Sequence record: OQ718158.1
Length of the DNA stretch: 64,000 nt
Origin: Escherichia phage vB_Ec-M-J
Direction: 5' to 3' (one strand)
How positions within the stretch are numbered: position 1 is the stretch's first letter; every line of letters starts with the position of its first letter. Both the position numbers and the translations under genes were made by a program. Under the pieces are notes generated by a model that searched no databases, was not told the DNA's origin, and saw nothing but the letters and a program-made list of their open reading frames with translations. Positions 11,062 to 19,530 of the stretch are shown here, one piece after another.

Positions 11062-11089
11062 TTGACAAGCCTGAACGATGTGATATAAT
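11062..11089 (+). promoter_or_regulatory. strong sigma70-type promoter P2 (TTGACA-N16-TGaTATAAT), tandem copy of P1
   Basis: Exact -35 at 11062-11067 and -10 at 11084-11089. Flanking sequence is nearly identical to P1 (gatgtg.TATAATGACCA). Confidence 0.75.
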
Positions 11090-11150
11090 GACCACATCAA
11101 GACGGCAAAGAGAAATGCCTTTTTAAATACACGGATGATTCATGAAGTAA

Positions 11151-11194
11151 CAAAGGAACTGATAAGTTAAAAATTCTTTTAACACAGTTCCTTT
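11151..11194 (+). promoter_or_regulatory. leader hairpin (9-bp stem aaggaactg / cagttcctt, ~26-nt loop) in the 5' UTR of the ATPase gene
   Basis: Perfect inverted repeat between P2 and ATG 11261. Confidence 0.4.
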
Positions 11195-11260
11195 ACTTTT
11201 GCCCACGGATTGGCTATAATAGAAACCTAAACGATTTTATCCAACAAAAGGAAAATATAC

Positions 11261-12589
11261 ATGTCTACTCAAAACAACGATATCCTGAACGTAAAACTGA
11301 CTCCTAAGAAAGCTAAAGAAGCAATGGCACTGGCTGACATGATTCAAGATAGCCTGATGATTTGGGGTAGCCCTGGTATCGGTAAATCTGCTATCGCACG
11401 TCAATACGCTGATGAGAACTACCCACTGCGTAAAGATAACGTGGCAAAAATTGAGTTCATGAAACAACAAATCGAAGCTGATACTGAAAATGCTGATCAA
11501 CTTCGCCGTGAACTGGCAGCGTTTGAAGCCAAACTAATCGACCAAGACACTAACTTTATCGATTTCCGTTTGTCTCAGATTGAACCAAGTGACCTTCGCG
11601 GTATCCCAGTTCCAGAGAAAGTGTTCCTTGATATGGATGGTAAGCAACTGATTGAATCTGAACTGGCTAGTGCACAAGATTACATCGCTGAAACAGCAGT
11701 TGTGTGGGCAGCACCTAAAGTACTGAAGCTGTCTCCAGATTGGAAAGGTGTTATTCTGTTTGACGAAATCAACTCTGCAATGCCGATTGTACAGGCAGCG
11801 TCTTATCAGCTAATCCTCGACCGTTGTGTTGGTGAGATGAAGCTACCTAAGACTGCACTGATTCTCGCAGCAGGTAACCGTGAAACTGATGGCGGTGTAA
11901 CGTTCTCTCTAGCTACACCACTGCGTGACCGTATGACCCACATCGAAATGATTCCTTATCATCAAGATTGGATTAACGATTATGCGATTGGTAAGCGTTT
12001 GAACCCAGCAACTGTAGCGTTCATCAACAACACTGGTGCTAAACACTTCAACACCCTTAGCCCACAAGATCCTTCTCACTGTGGTGGTACTTCTCCACGT
12101 TCATGGGAAGCAGTAGCACGCTACGAAGATCTGAAGAAAGTTAAGAACATTGATAAAGAAGTGTTCCGTGCGATGATTGCAGGTCGTGTTGGTGAAGGCG
12201 TAGCAACTGAATACATCGAGTATGTTGATAACGTAGCTAAACTACCAGATACCATGTCCATCCTACAGGGTGAGATTAAAGAGATTGATGCTTCGCTTGA
12301 TATTTCCGCGAACTACTTCATCACTCTGAATCTGGTTTACAAAATTATCGACCTCTACAATGAGAAGCAAGAACAACGTCTACCAGTGGAAGATTGGGGT
12401 AAGCTGTGCAACAACTTCATCACCTTCCTAGACCATAACTTCTCTGCAACTCAAGCAGAACTGGCAGTACTGGCGATTCGTACCATCACGCTTCATAAAG
12501 TAGCGATTACGATTAAAGATGTACCAGCGTTTAAAGACTTCGTTATGAAGTACTCTGACCTAGTACGTAAAGCACGCTCTCTTGGTTAA
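11261..12589 (+). CDS. AAA+ ATPase, MoxR/CobS-like (AAA_5-type)
   Basis: Walker A GSPGIGKS and Walker B ILFDEIN; 442 aa; AAAGGA Shine-Dalgarno; immediately followed by a vWA-domain gene, the typical MoxR/CobS partner. Confidence 0.85.
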   Translation: MSTQNNDILNVKLTPKKAKEAMALADMIQDSLMIWGSPGIGKSAIARQYADENYPLRKDNVAKIEFMKQQIEADTENADQLRRELAAFEAKLIDQDTNFIDFRLSQIEPSDLRGIPVPEKVFLDMDGKQLIESELASAQDYIAETAVVWAAPKVLKLSPDWKGVILFDEINSAMPIVQAASYQLILDRCVGEMKLPKTALILAAGNRETDGGVTFSLATPLRDRMTHIEMIPYHQDWINDYAIGKRLNPATVAFINNTGAKHFNTLSPQDPSHCGGTSPRSWEAVARYEDLKKVKNIDKEVFRAMIAGRVGEGVATEYIEYVDNVAKLPDTMSILQGEIKEIDASLDISANYFITLNLVYKIIDLYNEKQEQRLPVEDWGKLCNNFITFLDHNFSATQAELAVLAIRTITLHKVAITIKDVPAFKDFVMKYSDLVRKARSLG

Positions 12590-12613
12590 TAATTAAAAAG
12601 AGTGTTGACAAGG

Positions 12614-12640
12614 AGGATACCACATGGTATCCTTCTTTTA
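12614..12640 (+). terminator. rho-independent terminator or attenuator between the ATPase and vWA genes
   Basis: aggatacc-acat-ggtatcct hairpin followed by tcttttatc. A TTGACA hexamer sits just upstream at 12605-12610. Confidence 0.5.
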
Positions 12641-12664
12641 TCTTAACTAAACGAGGAAATACAA

Positions 12665-14074
12665 ATGTCAGATAAACGTTTCAGTGATGTTACTCCGGCT
12701 CTCCAGAAAGAATGTCAAGATCGTCTGATCTTAGCTCGCACATCTTTAATGCTAACATTCCCATTCTTTGGTGTACTGGCTTCTCGTCTGCGTCCAGTTG
12801 CAAACAACACATGGTGTCGTACTTTGGCTGTAGATGGTAAGCATTTATTCTACAACGTAGAATTCATCATGGGTATTCAGGACCAATCCAAAAAGTCAGC
12901 ATACGAAGAAGCAATTCGTGAGAAACATCCTGAAGTAACTGAAGAACAACTTAAAGAAATGACAGAAGGTTTGACCGATGAAAACCTGATTGCAGTTATC
13001 TGTCATGAGATTCTTCACTGTGCATATGACCACTTCTTGCGTCGTGGTATGCGTGACCCGCAGCGTTATAACCGTGCTGCTGACTATGCAATTAACCAGA
13101 TTCTTGTTCGTGATAAAATTGGTAAAATCCAAAGCCAATGGCTGTACGATAAAAAGTACGATGGTATGACTGCTGAAGAGATTTATAACATTCTCGAAGA
13201 AGAAGATAAGCAGGATCAAGACGGAGAAGGTGAAGGAAATCCACAGGCTGGTAGTGGTGAGGGTGAAGGTAAATCACGCGGTACTTTTGGTGATATCAAA
13301 GATGGTAAAGGCAAAGGTACAACAATTGACCAGCATGACGTTCCACAAGAAGGTCAAGAGGGTGGTTCAAGTGAGAAACAAAAACGTGATTATATGGATG
13401 ATTTCAAAACAGCAATGATGAATGCTGCTCGTGCAGGTGGTACTCCTGCTGAAATCGCACGTATGATTAACAACTTCAAAGAACCTAAGATTGACTGGCG
13501 TTCCAAACTTCACCGCACACTGCGTAGCTGGTTGAAGTCTGATGCAACTTATCAAAATCCTAATCGTCGTTCATGGGGTGCTGGTTTTGGTAGTTCTGGT
13601 TCATTCTACGGGAATCCAATCTTCCCTGGTATGAAACCAGATGATGATATTGATATTGCAATTGCACTAGATGCATCCGGTTCTATCTCTGAAGATATGC
13701 TCCGTGATTTCATCAGTGAAGTACTGGGTATCACTAAGCAGTTTAAACAATTTAAAATCCGTATCATGACGTTCGATACTGAAGTTTATACTGTTAAAGA
13801 TTACAAAACTGGTGAAGAGAGTAAGATTCTCGAATATCCAGTGAAAGGTGGTGGTGGTACTGACTTTGAAGCAGTATGGGTTCATATGAAGCATGACAAC
13901 TATAAGCCTAAACAGCTTATTATGTTTACCGATGGTGAGCCGTGGCAGTCATGGGGTGATCCTGATTACTGTAAGACACTGTTTGTTATCCACAGTAATC
14001 CTAACAAACAAGCACCATTTGGCGAAACTGTACACTACGAATATGAAGCTGACAAAAAGCGTCAACGTAGCTAA
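12665..14074 (+). CDS. vWA-domain protein with N-terminal HExxH putative metallopeptidase (DUF2201/CobT-like)
   Basis: HEILH motif in the N-terminal half; C-terminal vWA MIDAS-like residues DASGSIS ... GGGTDF ... FTDGEP; Gly-rich acidic linker; GAGGAA Shine-Dalgarno. Confidence 0.8.
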   Translation: MSDKRFSDVTPALQKECQDRLILARTSLMLTFPFFGVLASRLRPVANNTWCRTLAVDGKHLFYNVEFIMGIQDQSKKSAYEEAIREKHPEVTEEQLKEMTEGLTDENLIAVICHEILHCAYDHFLRRGMRDPQRYNRAADYAINQILVRDKIGKIQSQWLYDKKYDGMTAEEIYNILEEEDKQDQDGEGEGNPQAGSGEGEGKSRGTFGDIKDGKGKGTTIDQHDVPQEGQEGGSSEKQKRDYMDDFKTAMMNAARAGGTPAEIARMINNFKEPKIDWRSKLHRTLRSWLKSDATYQNPNRRSWGAGFGSSGSFYGNPIFPGMKPDDDIDIAIALDASGSISEDMLRDFISEVLGITKQFKQFKIRIMTFDTEVYTVKDYKTGEESKILEYPVKGGGGTDFEAVWVHMKHDNYKPKQLIMFTDGEPWQSWGDPDYCKTLFVIHSNPNKQAPFGETVHYEYEADKKRQRS

Positions 14075-14086
14075 GTACTAAATAAT

Positions 14087-14117
14087 GAGAACGGAAAATT
14101 CCGTTCTCTACTTTTTT
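14087..14117 (+). terminator. rho-independent terminator
   Basis: gagaacgg-aaaatt-ccgttctc perfect hairpin followed by tacttttttc. Confidence 0.75.
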
Positions 14118-14121
14118 CAGC

Positions 14122-14149
14122 GGGACAGCTTGGAAAAAGGTGATATAAT
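14122..14149 (+). promoter_or_regulatory. sigma70-like promoter (GGGACA-N16-TGaTATAAT)
   Basis: Extended -10 TGATATAAT at 14141-14149 with a partial -35 GGGACA; the same architecture occurs at 63587-63628. Confidence 0.5.
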
Positions 14150-14183
14150 TATATTTGTAACAACATACATGGAGAGTATTAAA

Positions 14184-14414
14184 ATGGAACAAGAACCAGA
14201 AAAAATTCAACTAACACTAATCGACCTAATCAACGCTGCTAAAATCATGGAAGCTGCTGTGGCTCGTAATTCATTTAAAGTCGAAGAACTTGTTGATGTT
14301 GCTCCAGTCGTATCTAAGTTTGTTGAGTTTGCTAACTCTGCACTCGAAGATATCAAAGCACAAGAAGAAGCTGATGCTGCACAAGCTGCTGCTGAACAAA
14401 ATAAAGGAGAATAA
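14184..14414 (+). CDS. small hypothetical protein (76 aa, Ala/Glu-rich helical)
   Basis: ATG 14184 has a GGAGAG Shine-Dalgarno and lies downstream of the terminator and promoter; the longer track ORF from 14085 would read through the terminator. Confidence 0.6.
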   Translation: MEQEPEKIQLTLIDLINAAKIMEAAVARNSFKVEELVDVAPVVSKFVEFANSALEDIKAQEEADAAQAAAEQNKGE

Positions 14415-14416
14415 TA

Positions 14417-15070
14417 ATGGCTATTCGTCACGTTGGTGTAGTACGTAATACGGGTTCACGAGTATTTGTGGTATGGCGTTCACTCCCTGATGATCCAGAA
14501 CATTGTCTCATTGTTTATCGCGACTCACTTCCTGAAGCATATGCTCAATCTGTTGCAGATTTAGTAATGAATCAAGGTCAATCGAATGTGGATTTGTGGG
14601 AAGTTATGCATAAGATTGGTCATCTAGACGGTCGCAAAATGCTAGATGTTCTTCATAATCTACAACATTTGCGTCGTGCACGTACTTGTGATATTGATAT
14701 GCATGTTGGTGGAAACAGTAAGATTTCTCTTGATGTTCTAAACAACGCAATCAATGATAATGATGCTAAAAAACATGAAGATGGTAAAGTTAAAGAATAC
14801 AACCCATTCAAGCCACAAGAAGTTGATACTTCTGTTGAAGAAGCTACCATTGTTGAGCAACTACTTAAAGATGCACAACGTTATGAGCAGTTGGCTAAAG
14901 AGCACTTTGAACGTGCTTACAACTTAGAACCATCTCTACGTCCACAAGTTCAAGCAACACCTGGAGCACCTGATAGCAAAACTTTCTATATTGAAATCCC
15001 AGAAGGAATTTCACAAACCAAAGCAATTGAGAAAGTTAAACAGGCATTTGCAGAACGTAAAGCAAAATAA
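14417..15070 (+). CDS. hypothetical protein
   Basis: 217-aa ORF with AAAGGAGA Shine-Dalgarno. Confidence 0.7.
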   Translation: MAIRHVGVVRNTGSRVFVVWRSLPDDPEHCLIVYRDSLPEAYAQSVADLVMNQGQSNVDLWEVMHKIGHLDGRKMLDVLHNLQHLRRARTCDIDMHVGGNSKISLDVLNNAINDNDAKKHEDGKVKEYNPFKPQEVDTSVEEATIVEQLLKDAQRYEQLAKEHFERAYNLEPSLRPQVQATPGAPDSKTFYIEIPEGISQTKAIEKVKQAFAERKAK

Positions 15071-15075
15071 TATAA

Positions 15076-15672
15076 ATGAATAAAATAGAATTAGATGAAG
15101 CAATCAATGGTTTATCTAATGTATGTTTCAGTGGCGGGGCAGCAGGTGCTGACCGCCTTTTTTCTATCTATGCAAAAGACAATGGATTTGAAGTAATAAA
15201 TTTTTCATTCAAGGGTCACCAAAGCAGCGTAGATGAAAATACTATATTAGAAATTCCACCCAATATCCTTTGTGATAGTTCAATATTAAAACAATTAAAC
15301 ATTGCATGTTACTCTTTACGCCGTAAAGTTCCTAAGCCTGGTTCGTATGTATATAACTTACTTGCAAGGAATAGTTACCAGATACTTAATACAAAAAGAG
15401 TATATTGTATTGCAAATATTACATCACCTACGCAAGTTTCAGGTGGAACTGCATGGGCCGTACAGATGTATATGGATTCAGTTGACAATCCAGAAATATA
15501 TTGTTATGATATGAACACTCGCTCTGTATTTTATTATGATACAGTACTGAAAGAGTTTACTGAAACATTCTCAATACCAGCACCACACGGTAACTGGACT
15601 GGGATTGGTTCACGTAATGCTACACAAAAACACATGGAACACTTTATTACATTTTTCAAGGACGTAAAATGA
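15076..15672 (+). CDS. Rossmann-fold protein with a DprA/SLOG-like glycine motif (FSGGAAGAD)
   Basis: 198-aa ORF; N-terminal beta-strand plus SGGAxGxD loop resembling the DprA/YpsA/LOG (SLOG) nucleotide-binding signature. Weak Shine-Dalgarno. Overlaps the thymidylate synthase start by 4 nt. Confidence 0.45.
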   Translation: MNKIELDEAINGLSNVCFSGGAAGADRLFSIYAKDNGFEVINFSFKGHQSSVDENTILEIPPNILCDSSILKQLNIACYSLRRKVPKPGSYVYNLLARNSYQILNTKRVYCIANITSPTQVSGGTAWAVQMYMDSVDNPEIYCYDMNTRSVFYYDTVLKEFTETFSIPAPHGNWTGIGSRNATQKHMEHFITFFKDVK

Positions 15673-16598
15673 AACAACTACAAGAACTATATCAAAGAAT
15701 TCTGGATCAAGGTGTCGAAAGCGTTGATCGTACTGGTGTTGGCACTATCAAGCTAATCGGACAACAAATGCGTTTTGACCTAAAAGAAGGTTTCCCAGCA
15801 GTAACTACTAAACGTTTGGCTTGGAAAGCAATGACTTCAGAATTGTTATGGTTTATTGAAGGTTCTCACGATGAGCGTCGTCTGTGTGAAATTTTACACG
15901 GGACACGTGATGTAGAAAAGAAAACAATTTGGACAGACAACTACCTTAATCAAGGTGTAAGCCTTGGTTATTCTGATGGTGAGCTTGGCCCAGTTTATGG
16001 TAAACAATGGCGTGAATGGGAAGATTATAAATTCAGTTCCAGTACTGAAGAAATTCAAGAACTAAAAGATAAAGGGTATAAAGTTATTGATTATACTGGT
16101 TCACATGGTGTTATTATGCGTCGTGTAACTGACCAGCTAAAACAAGTTATTGAAGGTATCAATACTGATCCATACGGTCGTCGTCACATTCTAAGTGCAT
16201 GGAACGTTGGTGAGCTTGATGCTATGACTTTGCCACCCTGTCATAGCTTTGTGCAGTTTTGTGTTGTACAGGGTAAACTAAGTTGTATTCTTCATCAACG
16301 TAGTGCTGATCTATTCCTTGGTGTGCCATTTAATATTAGTAGTTACTCACTACTAACTCATATGATTGCACAAATTACAGGGTTAGATGTTGGTGAATTT
16401 ATTTGGAATGGTGGCGACTGCCATATCTACCAAAACCATATTGAACAAGTAAAAGAGCAACTCCAACGTGAACCACGTACATTACCAGAATTATGGCTAG
16501 ATCCTACTATTACTGATATTGAAGATTTCACTATGGATTCTTTCAAATTAGTTAATTACGATCCAATGCCAACAATCAAAGCACCAATGGCTGTATAA
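15669..16598 (+). CDS. thyA: thymidylate synthase
   Basis: Hallmark motifs TTKR, GPVYGKQWR, SAWNVGELD, LPPCHSF (catalytic Cys), QRSADLFLGVPFNI and GGDCHIYQNH; ~30-aa insertion relative to E. coli ThyA. Confidence 0.95.
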   Translation: MKQLQELYQRILDQGVESVDRTGVGTIKLIGQQMRFDLKEGFPAVTTKRLAWKAMTSELLWFIEGSHDERRLCEILHGTRDVEKKTIWTDNYLNQGVSLGYSDGELGPVYGKQWREWEDYKFSSSTEEIQELKDKGYKVIDYTGSHGVIMRRVTDQLKQVIEGINTDPYGRRHILSAWNVGELDAMTLPPCHSFVQFCVVQGKLSCILHQRSADLFLGVPFNISSYSLLTHMIAQITGLDVGEFIWNGGDCHIYQNHIEQVKEQLQREPRTLPELWLDPTITDIEDFTMDSFKLVNYDPMPTIKAPMAV

Positions 16599-16605
16599 AA
16601 GAAAA

Positions 16606-16629
16606 GGGAGACTTATGTCTCCCTTTTTT
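16606..16629. terminator. bidirectional rho-independent terminator between convergent genes
   Basis: gggagac-ttat-gtctccc hairpin flanked by an A-run and a T-run. Confidence 0.75.
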
Positions 16630-16630
16630 A

Positions 16631-18595
16631 TTATCTTAATGTAACCAGTGTACGTCCGGCAAATCTCACATCAGGAGTTGCAGGAATACTGAACACTACG
16701 CTTGTTCCATTGAATGTGACACTATCAACTTCAACACGAGTGTAAACACCAGTACTTACGAGTTCTTGAATTTCAGCAGTTACTATGTTACTAGCAGTTA
16801 CTGTTAATGTGTAATATGAGCCGTTTAAAACCCACGCTGACGCAGTAAACGGGTCAGTACGTACAGAACCAGAACCAATTGGAACCCATTGTCCTTGGAC
16901 CTTCTGCATCGATGTACGTTCGGTATTTGAGTATGCAATCATACCATCAACACCAACTGAGTTATCAATTGTAGCCAGTACTGGTAATTGAATACCATAT
17001 CGGTTGAAACGAGTACGAATAACACCGTTATCATATATACTTACATCAGCATAACTTCCCATAGTGAAACGTAAGTCTGCACCAAGTAGTTTTATATCAC
17101 TTTGGTTTGTAGTACTTTCTAATGTGAATACACCATTCTCTAGTAAGTTTATGTTTTTGAATTTGTTATTAGTTCCATTGAAATTAGTATTTGCATTATA
17201 AGTACTAACACCATTAACTGTAATAGTGTCACCAGTAGTGTCACCTAGTGTTGTATTACCTTTAACAACTAAATTCCCGCTGGCATTGATGTTACCTGCG
17301 TTTAAATCACCAGTTAGTGATGTTGAACCATCTACAATAATATTTCCATGAAAATGTGATTCACCATTTTTAAATTCAACTTGAACTTTATTCATTGAAC
17401 TTAAAGAAATAATATTACTACTTGCACTTATCCCTACGTTTGTGTTTGATGCATTATCAAAACGTATTACTGGCGTAGCTGCTGGTGTAGCGGTAGTTTG
17501 GAATAATGTTAATGTTCCATTATTAATTCTAACACGCTCAGTTCCGGCTGTTGTAAAACCAATTGCATCATCTGCTGGATGGAATATACCAGTATTAGCA
17601 TCGGACCACTTAGTTGGGTCATTACCTGGGTTGTTCGTTGGGTCAAACGGATTATTATTAAATGTCAATGCTGGTGCTGCTGCACTGCCATACACCACCC
17701 CAAAACGCCCAGAGCCGTCTGTTCCATCATTATACATGGAATCGCCAGTTCTACGTAAACACTCAATCACAACGTTATCTATGGATGTTTGAACGGTCCC
17801 TGCGTTTGTTCTAAATTGGCGATGATTTGCAATCATTACAGTATTGTCATATAATACTGAAGCAGCGGAAATGCTTGTTCTTGACTGACGAAGACGTATA
17901 TTCTTATCTTCAGTTATAATAATCCAATCACCATCTGAAAGTGCAGTTTGGTTCATTGGAACACCAGATGCAAATGGTTTGGTCAAGTCAGTATCTGTTG
18001 CTAAATTTTCAAGGCCATCATGTCCAGTACTGGGAATAGATGCAGTAATAATTCTAGCAAAAGCGTATGTTACTAGTTTAGCACCAGATATATTTGGATT
18101 AGAGTCAACATAATATAAAATTTCAATCCAATTACCTTGTCCAGTTGGATTTGTAGGTGTAAATGTAACAGGACTTGTTTGTGGATTATTTGCTTCATAA
18201 TGTGCTTGTGCTGCATCCATTATACCACGAACGACATAATAATCACCATTAAGCGATGGTGATGGTGCTGGTAGTGGAGTTTGTGCTAAAGGTGGATCGA
18301 TATCATCTGGGATGGGATTATATGTACCAACAAATTGTAAACCACTAGTTACTGAATCTGGTAATTGGGAAGTAAGAAGTTTACCGTTTGCATCTAGGTT
18401 TGCAAAACGTCGATATGCCATTGAACCATCTTCAAAGTCTAGTACACCTTCAAATGCTTTCCATCCTTTATTGTATCTAATCATCCCTGATCTAACCACA
18501 TCAGCGGTTTCTTTAGTCGGTGCTTTAGGTAATTCTAGAAATGCCTGACTATCTATAATTACACCACCATCACCTCTAATTCGATTTATACTCAT
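16631..18595 (-). CDS. tail fibre / receptor-binding protein
   Basis: 654-aa ORF with GAGGAA Shine-Dalgarno; Thr/Asn/Gly-rich beta-rich composition; last gene of the fibre block. Confidence 0.55.
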   Translation of the reverse strand: MSINRIRGDGGVIIDSQAFLELPKAPTKETADVVRSGMIRYNKGWKAFEGVLDFEDGSMAYRRFANLDANGKLLTSQLPDSVTSGLQFVGTYNPIPDDIDPPLAQTPLPAPSPSLNGDYYVVRGIMDAAQAHYEANNPQTSPVTFTPTNPTGQGNWIEILYYVDSNPNISGAKLVTYAFARIITASIPSTGHDGLENLATDTDLTKPFASGVPMNQTALSDGDWIIITEDKNIRLRQSRTSISAASVLYDNTVMIANHRQFRTNAGTVQTSIDNVVIECLRRTGDSMYNDGTDGSGRFGVVYGSAAAPALTFNNNPFDPTNNPGNDPTKWSDANTGIFHPADDAIGFTTAGTERVRINNGTLTLFQTTATPAATPVIRFDNASNTNVGISASSNIISLSSMNKVQVEFKNGESHFHGNIIVDGSTSLTGDLNAGNINASGNLVVKGNTTLGDTTGDTITVNGVSTYNANTNFNGTNNKFKNINLLENGVFTLESTTNQSDIKLLGADLRFTMGSYADVSIYDNGVIRTRFNRYGIQLPVLATIDNSVGVDGMIAYSNTERTSMQKVQGQWVPIGSGSVRTDPFTASAWVLNGSYYTLTVTASNIVTAEIQELVSTGVYTRVEVDSVTFNGTSVVFSIPATPDVRFAGRTLVTLR

Positions 18596-18651
18596 TTAAA
18601 TATTTCCTCAGAATAGATTATATATTAAGTATTTATTTTAGATAAAAGAAA

Positions 18652-18676
18652 AGGCCAACCATAGTTGACCTTTAAA
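18652..18676 (-). terminator. rho-independent terminator (minus strand)
   Basis: Hairpin aaaggccaac / gttgaccttt (one mismatch) followed on the minus strand by ttttctttt. Confidence 0.5.
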
Positions 18677-18685
18677 AAATATAAA

Positions 18686-19465
18686 TTAACGAGTACGCTC
18701 AGGAATATCAATACCTTCATATACCCAAATTGCAGCTTGTTGTGCTTTATAAATTGCATCAGGATCTAAATCATCAACTGCATCAATGTCAGCACATTGC
18801 TTATTACACTCTGCAAATAGAGATTCAACCATAGCAAATGCTTCAGTGTATAGTTGAGTCATTTCAGCAGCAGATAGTTTTACAATTGCGTCATCAAGGA
18901 AAATCGAAACGCTATCAGAACCGGAAGTTACTTGTGTATAATAATTAAGAAGCATTTGACGACCAGCTAGATCAGTACTATAACGATGACCGTTAAACAT
19001 ATAACCAGCATTAATACGATCACTACGAGATGATACTGTGCGTGCTTTCAGATCAGATTTAACTGCTGCAATGTCCATATCAACATAATTATAAGTTTTC
19101 AGTACTGTTAACTCTTTATATTCACCTTCTGCTTCTTCTAAGAATGTGATGACTGGTTGATTACTATCTTGTAGTTTAATATATTCCAAATTCTCATTAA
19201 TTGCGTTCACATTACCAACATTCTTATATTCCAACCACCAGAAACCCTCTTCTTTACGAACAGCGTTATTAGGTTCAATTTCAGAACCATCTTTACTTGA
19301 AATACCATAAAGTGCACGAATATCGCTGTACAAATAACGATATGTTTGTTCATCATCAGGAGTTGCCCCAGGGCGTTCTTTTAAACCCTTAACACCAACT
19401 GGGTTGGAGATGATGTTACCCAATTCATAATTTTCTTTAGAACTACCTTTTACATATGTAAACAT
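18686..19465 (-). CDS. hypothetical protein (possible tail-fibre assembly/accessory protein)
   Basis: 259-aa ORF with GAGG Shine-Dalgarno, immediately downstream of the giant fibre gene. Confidence 0.6.
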   Translation of the reverse strand: MFTYVKGSSKENYELGNIISNPVGVKGLKERPGATPDDEQTYRYLYSDIRALYGISSKDGSEIEPNNAVRKEEGFWWLEYKNVGNVNAINENLEYIKLQDSNQPVITFLEEAEGEYKELTVLKTYNYVDMDIAAVKSDLKARTVSSRSDRINAGYMFNGHRYSTDLAGRQMLLNYYTQVTSGSDSVSIFLDDAIVKLSAAEMTQLYTEAFAMVESLFAECNKQCADIDAVDDLDPDAIYKAQQAAIWVYEGIDIPERTR

Positions 19466-19530
19466 ATAACTACCTCACTTGTTAAGATGGTGTCACCATA
19501 ATTGATGACACCGTTTTTTTATTATAATTA

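Noticed and set aside
10945-11260. Possible tRNA or other structured RNA gene in the 316-bp non-coding gap.
   Set aside because: No cloverleaf-compatible sequence (no T-loop GTTCGAATC-like or D-loop motifs) found by eye. Retained only as a leader or small-RNA candidate.
12605-12633. TTGACA hexamer upstream of the vWA gene as an independent promoter.
   Set aside because: The only -10 candidate at proper spacing (TATCCT) is poor and lies inside the terminator hairpin; more likely read-through or attenuation from P1/P2.
15669-16598. Thymidylate synthase homolog as a dUMP or dCMP hydroxymethylase (hypermodified-base pathway).
   Set aside because: Catalytic PCH cysteine, QRS.D and GGD.H.Y motifs match true thymidylate synthase. 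Nothing in the window suggests base hypermodification.
19490-19513. Hairpin ggtgtca...tgacacc followed by a T-run on the plus strand, between two minus-strand genes.
   Set aside because: It is oriented to terminate plus-strand transcription, but no plus-strand gene ends there. It may stop antisense transcripts or be a stability element; not called as an operon terminator.
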